Source: Vicugna vicugna
Taxonomy: Eukaryota
DNA length: 64,000 nucleotides
Direction of reading: 5' to 3'
Assembly: GCA_013265495.1 (NCBI GenBank)
Contig: MU058463.1
Location: 1,387,523-1,451,522 of the forward strand
Below are positions 38,299 through 49,900 of the stretch, piece by piece; position 1 is the first letter of the stretch; each line of letters opens with the position of its first letter. A program made the position numbers and the translations under genes. A model generated the notes under the pieces. That model was not told the origin of the DNA, ran no database searches, and saw only the letters and a list, made by a program, of their open reading frames with translations.

Positions 38299-39500
38299 AT
38301 GGCTAAGGCAAAAAACCCACATCTATTATGTGATTTGCAAAATTACAAGCTAGTTAATGCCTGGGTCTCCAAGCCTTCCATACCAATGGTAGGCACCAGT
38401 TAGAAAGGAGTGTGACCATTAGACTTGGAATGGAAATATTTGGTCAGAAATAGACTTGAGGTTCCTCCCAAGTCTCTTTGGAAGGAACATTTTCTCCCAA
38501 ATCCCTCTACGCCACCCTTCCAGAAGAGTCACCTCCTCACATGTCCATGTCAACTGCCTCCCTTTTATTAAAAAGTATCTTCACGTGTTCCTCAAGGAAA
38601 GCCTCTTACACCTGCTTCTGATTCAGGTTCTACCACTCCTCACTGTTTCCAGGTTCATTAAAAAGTCAACCCCAGATGTCACAGAGGAAGAAAGGATTAT
38701 CCAGGAAAAAGACAGTGAATATGCCAAAGAGTTTATAATACCTTGCTAATATAGTTCAGTAAAAATCTGGAAAATATATGTGTAAATGATTTCTGATGAT
38801 GATAGTTAAATATGATGGAACATAAGGTTAGACTTGTTTGAATTAAGCCATTGGTGCTCTCATTGGGATTCTAGATTTAATGTATAAATTTTGAGTAGTG
38901 TGCAGTGACAGTTTGGTTGGTTAGGTGAAGCTTCATCTCAATAACAACCTCTATTCAATGTGCCTGAGATACAGGGACTTCCCCGGCATACTTTAGAGGA
39001 GGAAATTCAGAGGCTCAGAGAGATGGGAATCTTGAAGTGGAGCAACTACACACAACATAATCAACAACCATCAACCATATCCATTGAGGGGACTCAGAGG
39101 AGACTTCCCTCATGAAGCTATTAGGGAACACGTTGGTGCAGAGAGCTCAGGGGTGGCTGTCCTCTGTAGGCTAGAGATGGCAGTTGGGAGATGAAGAAAC
39201 AGAGTTTCTGACCTAGAAGGATCCGTGGTTGTGGTTAATTAATCACAGTGTCCCTAAGAACAAAATAAATGAGAAAACACATAAAGTGTATCCTGATGAA
39301 TATGATAAAAAAAAATAGAACAAAACTTTAGATCTGGTGAGTGGAACAGTGACTTGAGTCGCCATAGTGTAAATTCATAACTTCAGACCCAGTATCTGAA
39401 CATAAGCCAGTAGAAAGATCCTGGGCACCTGAAATGAGAGGAAATCTGGGTCCCCTGGTGTAAGGATCTGAGTTACGACCACAAATTATATAATTTTCTT
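38299..39500 (+). mobile_element. ERV-L internal sequence: degraded gag remnant
   Basis: Manual translation gives KECDH*TWNGNIW (~38405), PEIQGLPRHTLEEEIQRLREMGILKW (38963-39040) and KDPWLWLINHSVPKNKINEK (39217-39276), in the same order as recalled ERV-L Gag motifs KEWDP.TWNGDVW, LPW..VEEGIQRLREIGMLEW and DLW.WLINHGVP; many stops and frameshifts. Confidence 0.8.
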
Positions 39501-39559
39501 ATATTCCTCAGGCATCTCCTTAGGACTTCCTTACATGGCCACATGTTTGTGTAATGTTT

Positions 39560-39850
39560 TCTCATATTTGGATTTCTTTTTGATACTTATGCAGTACCTA
39601 CAGAAGTTTTTTTTTTTAGAAAAGATACTGTGAAGCATGTCTCACCATGAATATCTGAATGTGTCTAATATATGCTTTAACACTTAAAAGCTAGTTTAGC
39701 CAAATATAAAACTTTGGATCAAAATATTTTTTCCTAAAATGTTTAGTCTTCCTTAAGAACTTCTGAAGACACTAGAATTATAGCGTTCTTCAGGTGGATG
39801 CAAATCTCATTCTTATTAAATTATAGGTAACATGGTTTTTCTCCCTTCCA
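39560..39850 (-). mobile_element. Old L1/HAL1 ORF1-region fragment
   Basis: cacttaaaagctagtttagccaaatataaaactttggatcaaaatattttttcct resembles the antisense 'PRILYPAKLSFK' region. Confidence 0.5.
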
Positions 39851-41136
39851 GCACTGAGATTATTAGAGGATTTAATTAATACAACAATGTTATTAGCTAA
39901 AGAGTTCACTAAGAAGAGAAACTAGCTTAAACTTGTTATAAGAAATTAAATATTGTGGCACCTTACAGAGTTGTGATAAAATTAACTGGCTTTGAGATTT
40001 CAAAACATCTGTTCATAAAATCTTTCCTTATCTGATACTTAAGAGATTATGTTATTATTGTAACAGTAATTCATAATCAACTAAGGCATCTGCTAGCAAT
40101 ACATAAATATATGCTGGACTCAAAAAGTCTCCTCCCCCAAAAAGTCCAATAAAGTAGATCTGGAGCCCAGGTGTCTGCATTTTTAAGATGTATCCCAGGG
40201 AATTTTGATTTTCTTCAAAATTTAAGGGTTATCTCCTATATTTTTGTTCCAGTACAATCTGTTGTGTAAGAGACAGTTAGCGAATGTTTTTGAATGGGTA
40301 GAAAACTGAATGAGAATGAAGGAATAAAAGCAAATTTAAAGGATCTGAGATTTGGGACCAACTGTCTCTGGGAGTGATATCACAAATGGTGCAGGGTACT
40401 CGTGCAGCGACAAAGACAAACAACCTCTCTGAATCCCCACCAATAAAATGGTAGCACTGCTCACCAGGTTTGCATAAGGATTCCTTTAACTAATTTCTGT
40501 CACTCTCTCAGCACTAAATAAATGGTGACTTTTATTCCAGAAAGTACTTTTACCTTTGACATATAATACAATGTGCTTACTTGACAACGTTCAGCAGTAG
40601 ATGTGTCTTTTCTTCTTATTGAAATGTGAAGATCAGAGTCATAAAATGAATTTGGAATTGTGCTAACCTGAACATATTATTTTCAATGACATGAATTTTC
40701 CTCACTATAGCACTGCCTCTTTGGTGCTGGCTGAGCTATAGAAAGCAAGAAGCAGGCTTGAGTAGGGGGAGACATATCCTAATGAGATTTTGGTCTCTTT
40801 TTATCCTCACATTTTCTATGGCCAGCATTTATTAATTATGACGAGAGAAGAGTGTTTCTAAAAAACATAGGAGACTCAGCTCAAGTGCAACCTCCACTCG
40901 GACTTCTCTAGACTTTCCAACTTATACTCAAATAATCAAAGTGTCCTCATCAAGATGTGGGGAGATTTTTGATAACGAGCACATAGTTCTCTTGAACCTG
41001 GCATTTCCTCCAACTCCACAGGGCTCACCGCCCCCCCCCACCCCGTCCAGGGTCCAGGATAAGAATCCAGTCCAGTAAGTGTGTGTGCAGATCAAACAGA
41101 GAACACTCACCTGGTTTTAAAACACCCAAGATGGGT

Positions 41137-41174
41137 GCCCGGCTAGCTCAGTCAGCAGAGCATGAGACTCTTAA
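41137..41174 (+). pseudogene. Tailless retrocopy of the 5' half of tRNA-Lys(CTT)
   Basis: gcccggctagctcagtcagcagagcatgagactcttaa versus the tRNA-Lys-CTT 5' end gcccggctagctcagtcggtagagcatgagactcttaa (2 differences); flanked by ttaaaacacccaa(g/c)atg at 41117-41133 and 41171-41187. Confidence 0.9.
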
Positions 41175-41205
41175 AACACCCAACATGTTTTGCCCTGAAT
41201 TTTTA

Positions 41206-41331
<126 letters not shown>

Positions 41332-43499
41332 CTAGGCATGTTCCACTCTGGGTCTTCTGGCAGCCTCTCACCAACAGGGATGATCTCCGTCCTCTGTTTG
41401 ACAGATGCCCCCAGGAGCTCCAAGGGGAAACTTTGAGTCAAGCTTCAGAATCTGAGTAAGCAAGCAGTGGGCACAGTGTTTGAAGCAGCTGGATTCTAGT
41501 AAATTGGCAATAACTATGAGGAATTTTTATCAGAGAGATGCTTTAGGCAGTAACAACTGGAGAAAGTTGTCCCAAAAGATTTCCCTATCTCCTCCTTAAG
41601 TACATCATCTAGTCATTAGTCATGATAAGATTACTGGGCAAATCGTCTTAGGCTCAGACATCTGGGGACAAAGAGTTTCCCAGACTCATATTAAAAAAAA
41701 CTAAAGGATGCTATGTAATCTTAATAATAAACCTGAGATAAGAGAATGGATCCCGCAGGTCAGATTTTGCTGGAAAAGCGACATATGCAAACCCTACATA
41801 GTTTATGAAATAAACTACCTATAGAAATACATGAAAAATTCACACTATTAACTTTCACAGGCATGAGGATACTTGTTCTGATTTTAAAAAAATATTTTTG
41901 TTGTTTTGTAGGAGATAATATTAGACAAGCATACCTTACTAGTTCTAAAATAATGTGTGATACCAGCTTTATCGTCCCTCCCTATAGGTGATAATAGGAC
42001 ATAGTATATCAAAACAGAATCTAAATTGGAGGACTGGATTACATAAGGAATGCAAATGGCCACAAAAGACAAGTTTAGGGGCACCTTTATTCAGTGTTGG
42101 GGACCTACTTCAGGTAGTGTTGACACCCTATGTATAAATTATGAGCAAATATATGGGAGGATGGAAAAACTGTATGCTGCTCTGTGTGATTTTTCTAAGC
42201 CGATGAAATTTGAAATCCTCCAAGATGTATCTGGGGAGTAGAAAGATTAGAAACTGATCATTTAGCCTATTATAAATGCAGGTAGAGAGTTATGAGAAAA
42301 CTTTGGCCTATCTTTCAGAGTGCTGGAGTGTGAGGGTACTGGCTTGACCCCCAAAACCCAGCTCTTTTCCATATTGTTCACCAGACAGCAAATAAGATGG
42401 CCTGGGCTGGTCTGCTGCCACAAACTTAGGACGGTCTGCCGGGCATGCTTTTCTATAAAAGGGAAGGAAGTTCCTGACCCCTACTCAGAGTAAGTATAGG
42501 AACATTTAGTGCCAAGATCAAGGCAGAGAAGACCACTCAAACAAAGGGAACAGAGTGCAGCAAACCTCCTGGTAAGCAGAATATTCTGGAGGTAAAAGCA
42601 AGTCTTCAGAGCTTATGATAAAGACTTCACTCCTGACAGTACTGTGTCCCTGTGACTAAGGAAGCAATTTTAGCTGTTACAGAAGCTTCATGTTTAGCTT
42701 GCAGAGAGCATTTTATTCAGGAAACAATGCCTCTAGAAACCTTTCAGTTTGCCAGCCTAAGACTCACAAATAATGAAACAGTTCATCTACAAGTTGAAGC
42801 TCTTGGTTCCAATTCACTGAAATGCTTCATTACATTTAAGTCTCCTTTTTTCACCACAGATATACAGCATCTCACCAGCATACATTCTATTGTTATGATT
42901 AGATGCCCTGCCAACTCTAAGTTCAGTGGCGTGAGAAAACCATCGTAGACACTGATGCTTTATCCATGGGTCCCAAGCTTCCTTCAGACTGGATAGTATA
43001 AACTGTAATCAGTGTGAGAATGGAATTTAACAGCACAATAAGGAGAGAAAAAAAATCTGAGACATTTTCTAAAGGCTGTACCTCTAACTGCAGCAACTCA
43101 GTCCTCTAGGGCCACACTGAACAGTCAATTAATGAAGGAAACTGACATTTAGACTGTTCCGCTGTCTAATAGGAGAGAAGATCTCTAAGAGTAGAGAGTA
43201 GATAGTAGCTGACAAAAGTATTCTCATTTTTAGAGGCATGACAGAAATGAGAAACAGATCTAGGGAACATTTCTTGAAATCAACTAACGCTACTCTAGAG
43301 CTGCAGTGTCCTGTTTATGACAGCTGTTCACACCCACCTTGATTACTGAGCCTGGAATCTGGCTTGTGTGCCCATCGTAACCTACAGATCCGCAAAAATG
43401 CCATAAATGAATAAAATATGCAAAGCATTTTCCCGGCACATGCAATTAACATATAAGTAAAATAGGCAGCTCACTTGGTAAACATGACGTGTAACAAAC

Positions 43500-43962
43500 A
43501 GCTATTAGACAAGAGTGACAAAAATCTAAACTAAATGAGCTTTAGCAAAAAAGAAAGTTAGGGGGAAAGAAGGAAGGAAAGAAAGGAAAAGGAAGAAAAT
43601 AATAGGTTTCCTCATTGAATTGAAAAATCTAGGGATAATGTTTTTCCCTCTGCATTGGCTCCATCCTTGGGCAGATTCTAACAATGACAAAATGGCTGCC
43701 AGCAGTTCCAGAAAGTCTAGTTGGAAGTATGAGTTCTTTCTCAAGAGCTCTAATGAAAGTTCCAGAGCTGAGACTCATTGGCTTCATCGCGTCTCATCGC
43801 CATCTCTGAATTGTGGCTGGAGGGATGGAATACTCTGTCTGGGCCTGGATCATATTCATGCATCTGGAGGCAAAGGAGTAAGGCTAACATAAAATTATTA
43901 TGAGTAAGGAAAATCAGGGAGCTGTAACCAGTAACAGAGAGTGGATGTTATGCAGGCAAAAG
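43500..43962 (-). mobile_element. Old MaLR LTR (MLT1J/K-like)
   Basis: caagagtgacaaaaatctaaactaaatgagctttagc...caaaatggctgccagcagttccag...ggaaaatcagggagctgtaaccag...gtggatgttatgcaggcaaaa. Confidence 0.65.
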
Positions 43963-46101
43963 GGGATTTACTGCTGAAGGATGCGTAGAATTTATACCTC
44001 AACAAGGGAATAGAAATAACATGAACACAACATATTAGCCCCGGCCTCTCACAGGAAGCTGACACCCCTGTCCTGTTTCTCACACATCCACCAAATGGGA
44101 CCAGCTCCGGCCTCCTCCTCACTCATCCTTCTTCCATCAAGAATGGGTCATTGTCAAAGGCAGGAAATGTCAGTTGGCCTCAGTCCTAATGGGTGGAGAG
44201 TTTCTGGTGCGGAGTTAACCCCCGAGGTCAGTAGTGGCGGGATCTGCTCCCACACGTTTGGCAGGTGAGACCAGTCTGGAGCCGGTCCCGTTGGGTAAGT
44301 GGCTGAGGAGGTGATATTACATTAAGATTCAGGGCAAAAGCCATACAGTGATGAAGAGTCTGCCTCAGCCTGGCCTTGCCCTCTGCGCACACATCTCCCA
44401 GGCACATTGCATTTGGGGCAGTGTGGGTTGAAAGAAGAATTCAAGTGGTTGATATCCTGGGTCCTGGCCCAAATACCATCTCTTTTCACCCTTTAACATG
44501 ATTTACACTTGGCTCTGTTTCTGCAGATCGTGTACGTGCGGGGAACTTGAAATTAGGAGGAAAGCTCACCCGAAGAAAGAGTGAGACTCACGCTTTAGGA
44601 AAGGCCTCGGATGTTTATACAAACCTGCCAGTGCAGCTGCTCCTGCTGAGTAAAATCCCACGTGCAGCCAGCAGGATCTGGTGTGAGTGGGGAGAGGGAT
44701 TTATTTCCCCTTCCAGACAGGCTCTCCTGGGAACTTTAAATGGTAAAAGCAGTGAACTTCCATATGGGCTGGGGAAGGCCATAAGTAGTCTCTCTGCACA
44801 TGCGATTTTTTGGCCATGAGCCTCCTCACCTTACTTTGAACTCTGTATTTCCTTTCCTTTGCCAGCTGTAAGCCTATGTCCAGGATCAACGACGGATTTG
44901 TGGTAGGGCTAAACTGGGGGCTCGTGTGGCCTGCTTGAAAGATCTCTGAAACAGCCACTCCATCACCGGCCGGTCCATTAGAGAAACCTTCATTTCTGAA
45001 CTTTTACCAGGGATGGTCAGAAAGAGATGAGGAAAGAAAACATTGTGTTAACATACATGCCTTGAGCACAGAATATCCAAAGCCAACCCTGCTTCATTCT
45101 CTTCCATCGGAGAGCCACACCAAAATTCAGTAATTCTTCAATGTGGTAGCAGTTTTCAGACACCTCTTCTGGGGGTTCAGCCACATTGAGGAAAAAAATT
45201 CATCCCTGAAAATATGCTGTTGGTGCTTCTTGGAATTAAGAAGATGAATAGAAGCTGTTGAGGGGTGGGGAGGAAAAATCAGTAGTGAGTCATTTAGATT
45301 GTATTTAACAAATAAAACCAAGGTAGTGACAGTTGCAGCATGTATGTGTGTGGCTCACATAGCAGACCTCCAGAGGAACACCGTCTAGGATGCGTCTGCT
45401 GGCTCCTTGTACAGCAGGCACTCAGGCGTCTGCTCCCTTTCTGACCTAGCATCCAACAGTGCTTGAGACTCACTTGGCAAATTAAAAGAGCCCTTGGAGT
45501 TCCAAGCATCAATTCAGCATTTCAGATAACAAGAAAGAGGAGAAAGGGAAGCGTAAAAATGCCCACTGTCCAGCTATCAGCTCCTTTTCAGTGCTTTACC
45601 CAGCTTTACTAGTGAGTAGTCACACTGCCTCAGCTTGCTGCTAGCCAGCTGAGGCTGTGCAACATCTAGCTGAACAGAACTGGGTTCAAACCAACAGCCT
45701 CTGCCGCAGGATGCAGTCCCACATCCCTCAAGCCCTGGCTTTCTAGTTCTCTGGTCATCTTCTCCCGCAAAAGCAGTATCCACATCCCCAACACCAAGGC
45801 ATTGCTATTAAACCCACTGGATGGAAAGAGAGGAATAAATGCTGGGGAAGATACTGGCCTCTAGGAGGAGTTTAAGACAGTATCTCACTTCCTCATTCTC
45901 ATTTCAACTTCCCTTCTCATTCTTCTTCCCTTCTCCAGGAATTTGTTAAAATCAAGGGAAAAGAGTTTATTGGGCCCCAGTACTGGCACTGGCCTTTCGT
46001 TTTGACAAAGAAAGGATGAATCATTCAGACCTAAGAGTTAGACGCTTTTCTCTCTCCTCTCCCCATAGCGTCAGGCTACTAACTAGAATGGTCCAGGCTG
46101 T

Positions 46102-46585
46102 TGTGCCAATCAGCAGCCAATTTGCTTTAAGATTCGTAGTACCTTTCCCCCACTTCGCTCTACATTGCAGGAACTGTATTCCTCAGCTTCCTTCACCTCT
46201 GGGTTTTTGATTAAGCAGCCAATGGGAAACCCTAACAGAAGATTAGGAAGAGAAGAAGGAAGGAATGGCAGTTATCCTATTGCACTTGCTCTCTGCCACG
46301 TCTCTTTCTAGTTCCCACTAGATAGCCCCTCCCTTTATTGTTCCAGTTTCCAACAGGCAGGCCTCACTGTGGCCCCAGCTCTCACTGTACGGTCTTGACT
46401 TCTGGGCTAATACCATCTTCTCCCTTTGTTCCTCTGTTCCAAGGAGAGCAGCTTCTTATAGCTAGTCTTGAGGTTGCCTTACTGTCTCTGGTTGTGTCTA
46501 CGCGTACATCGTCTATGCAATCAATTTCCTGCATTAAATGCACTCAGTTTGAACAATCTCTTTTCTGGCAAGCTCTTGACTGATA
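46102..46585 (+). mobile_element. ERVL LTR (LTR33/LTR16-like)
   Basis: cctcagcttccttcacctctgggttttt...cagccaatgggaaaccctaacagaagatt...gcattaaat...cttgactgata. Confidence 0.6.
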
Positions 46586-46591
46586 AAATTA

Positions 46592-46910
46592 TGCTGCCAT
46601 AATCAACAACACGTTCCCAAATCTCAGTGGCTTAACACATAAAATCTGGTTTCTTACTCACACAGTGCTGGTGCAGAGCTGCCACCTCCCAAGTGGTGAT
46701 TCAGTGGTCCAGGTGGCTTTTATTTTTAACTATGCCATTTGAAGCATTTGGTTTCCACATCACTGCGGCAGGGGAAGATAATGAAGAGAGGATTCAAATC
46801 TACTCTTGTTTGCTTGATCCAGAAGTGATACATGTTAATTTCACTTCAGTCCATTGGCCCAGTCATATGGCCCAACATGATTACAGGAGATGCTTGGAAA
46901 TGCACTCTTC
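46592..46910 (-). mobile_element. Old MaLR LTR fragment (MLT1I/J-like)
   Basis: cccaaatctcagtggcttaacac...ccagaagtgatacatg...ccattggcccagtcatatggccc. Confidence 0.7.
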
Positions 46911-47904
46911 TGATTTATTTATATACGTGTGTGTATGTATGTGTATCCACATGTATATGTATACATGTATGAATACATACACACAGAGATAAAGAGGCAT
47001 GATTTTGGTATTCTCCTGAAACATAAAGTATATAAGAAAAAAACAAGATTTGCGTAACTTAGATTGTGAATCCAAAACAAGTGATCACCTAATCTGTATC
47101 TTAAGAACACACATTTACTCTTGGCAATGATTACCCACTTCTACTGATTTTTTTTTTAACATCTTTGTTACTTGACATCCAAAGTCTTCCTCTACAGAAA
47201 TGTTGTAGAATTATTTTCCAGCGTATGGCAAAATGACACCCACTTTCTCATCACAACTTCTCTCTTTCCCTCTCTCACCTCTATTCCTGCTTGTTGAAAA
47301 ATGAATTTGAAATCTGAGTAACACTTGCTCCTGGAGATATGTCATGATTTTTTTTAAGAGAAAACAAACAGCTTTATCCAAGTTCATTATATAATTGTAG
47401 CTCCAAGTTTTTAAGAAGTTTGAAACTATGAAAACTTAATAGAAAGTAAATCTCAATGAAAAATAATCATTGCATAAAGTTAAATAAACTCGATACATAC
47501 CCAAATAAAAAGTTTCCCAGAGTTTCACTCAGTCAAACTTTTTAATGTCTTCATCCAAAGGTGCAGAACTTTCAGGTAGAAGTCTTGAATCACAGTATTT
47601 CCCCTTTATATTTATGAGCTCGATCTCTCCTATAACTTTTCTTCTGTGTATGATTTTATTTGGTGGGTTACAATTTACATATGAATGAGATAAGAACAGC
47701 ACACCAAATCAATATATTACGGTGTCTGATACAACAAAGACCATTAACCCCAGTACAATGCCAGAATTACATCCATTAAATATATTGGGGGATTAAAAAA
47801 ATGGGTAAATTAAATTGAGATTGACATGTAAATTTTAAAAATACTTGAGCTTTTTCTTTGTTTTTCGTTTATGAGAGAAGTGGATGTGTGTACAGAAAGC
47901 AGGT

Positions 47905-48350
47905 TCATTTAACACATCCTTATTTACTATGTACTATGTGCTAGACATTGTCATAACAGTGAACAAGGCAGACATGTCTCTTGCTCTCTGGAATCTTTTA
48001 TTTCAGTGAAAGATATAGACAATGAATAATATCAAACAGGAAAATGAAAAGAGATCCAGGATCTTTTTGAGAAAAAAAAAAGCAAGTATGTCTGGAGCAT
48101 ATGAGCAAAGTTTAATATGGTAAGATTGGAAATGTGGACACATGTAAGATTATATGTGGCTCTGATAACTTGGAAATTATTTTGGGTTTTGTTCTCAAAG
48201 GGAAGGCATTGAAGAGTTTTAAGTATGACTTACATTTTAAAAAGTACCCTGATTGCTATGTACAGAGTGGTTTTGAGTAAGAAAGATTAGAGCAAGGACA
48301 ACAGTTAGGAAGCTATTAGCACTTGGCCAAGTGAGAGATGATTAGAAGTG
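47905..48350 (-). mobile_element. L2a-like fragments
   Basis: ttcatttaacacatc...tactatgtgctagacattg...aacagtgaacaaggcagac; gggaaggcattgaagagttttaag...gttaggaagctatt. Confidence 0.75.
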
Positions 48351-48986
48351 TTCTAGACTAAGAAGTCTTTTCATACTTGAATATCACCAAGAAGGAGGGG
48401 GAGTGGGAGGAGGAGAAGGAGAAGAAGGAGATAAGAGAAATATTATCAACTCCTCTGATAGATGCAAAAACTACAGTATTGCAAGGTAAAAGCTAAGTCA
48501 GGATTCAAGTTCTCTGCTTTCAAATTTAGAGGGTTTTCCCCTCATTTATCCCCAGGAGAAGTTCAGCCAAGAATTGGTATAGTTGTGTAAAAGTAGAATC
48601 AAAGAATATTATAAAGACTGAGTGGTATTTTATAAGCTTAATCAATTTTGAAATATTTTACAAATGTAATATGTTATATACGAAGCATTATGAGACAAGA
48701 GTAAAGCTTCCATAATCACTGGGGCATGGACTTCCATCGAGATTTTGGATTTATGCTACCCTGAGGGATCAAGGGTCTCTGTGGAATTCCACTTGAGTGG
48801 TGCCATCTCGACATCCCCCGCCCACAGCACTCCCATCCTCCTCTGCCATCTAGTGCATATGTAAATCTGCTCTCACCCCAATTCATTTCTTGGTGTAAGA
48901 TTTATATCCTCTCTTTCCTGATTCGGAGTGGCCTCAGAAAGAGGAAAAAGTTTCAGTATAATTGCTTATTTAAAAACTAACATTTT

Positions 48987-49185
48987 TGTCTGGGGTTGGG
49001 GTGGGAAAGAGGATTAACTGTAAAAGGATATTAAGGGTCTTACTGGCATGATGAAAACGTTCTAAAACTGGATATAGTGATGATTGCATAACTTCGTAAA
49101 TTTACTAAAAATCATTAAATTTTATACTTAAAGTGGGTGAATTTATGATATGTAAATTATACCTCAATAAAGCTGTTTTTTTTTA
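48987..49185 (+). mobile_element. L1MB-like 3' end
   Basis: gatgaaaacgttctaaaactggat...gtgaatttatgatatgtaaattatacctcaataaagctg. Confidence 0.85.
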
Positions 49186-49619
49186 AAATGAGAAACCTAA
49201 CAGAAATAAAGTACCTCAATTTATCTGAAAATTTGAGAATCAAGTGAGAGGCAGAGATTTACAAATTAAATTTTTTTTAAATTCAGAAAATACCTTTCAA
49301 AGTAGATTAGCTTTAAAAAGAAAAAAAAATGCTTTTAAACGACACCAAACTATGTGTGGAAAGTTAAATTTAAATTTATTTGTGAATACATGTAAAGTGA
49401 TTCCTTCTGTTCCTGAAATGTTCAAATCTGTCATTTCTCATTATTTACTTCAATGAGAGAGGTTTTTTTTACATTAACAAACAATTATTTGTATATCTTA
49501 AAAATAGTGAATAAAAGCATTCAGTTCATTTAAATCCAGAAATTTATTTTCTGCTTGAGCTAAATGTAACTCACCCATTACCTGACTGGTATCAAGGTCA
49601 TTTCTTGAAAAAAAGATCA

Positions 49620-49900
49620 TAGTAACAGTAATAAGGTGACCATTAATCAAAGCCTAGTCCTACCTTGTGTCATGCATAACGCTGTTTATTTTATAGTGCC
49701 AAATTTAACCTTTGCAGCAGCCTTATTAAGTTCATTTATTGGACTATTCCCATTTTAAGCATAAAGAAATAGAGTCAAAGAATAGTAGTTCAAAAATAAG
49801 TTTTAAAATTCACATAATTAATTATTACCAAAGCTAAGAATTGAACCCAGATGTCACTGAATCCAATGCCCACACTTTATCCATCAGTCTATACTGCTTT
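49620..49900 (-). mobile_element. MIR SINE
   Basis: ctattcccattttaagcataaagaaatagag...aagaattgaacccagatgtc...ccaatgcccacacttt. Confidence 0.6.

Noticed and set aside
42454..42496. TATAAAAG followed by GTAAGT
   Set aside because: The implied first exon would be only a few nucleotides; no other support.
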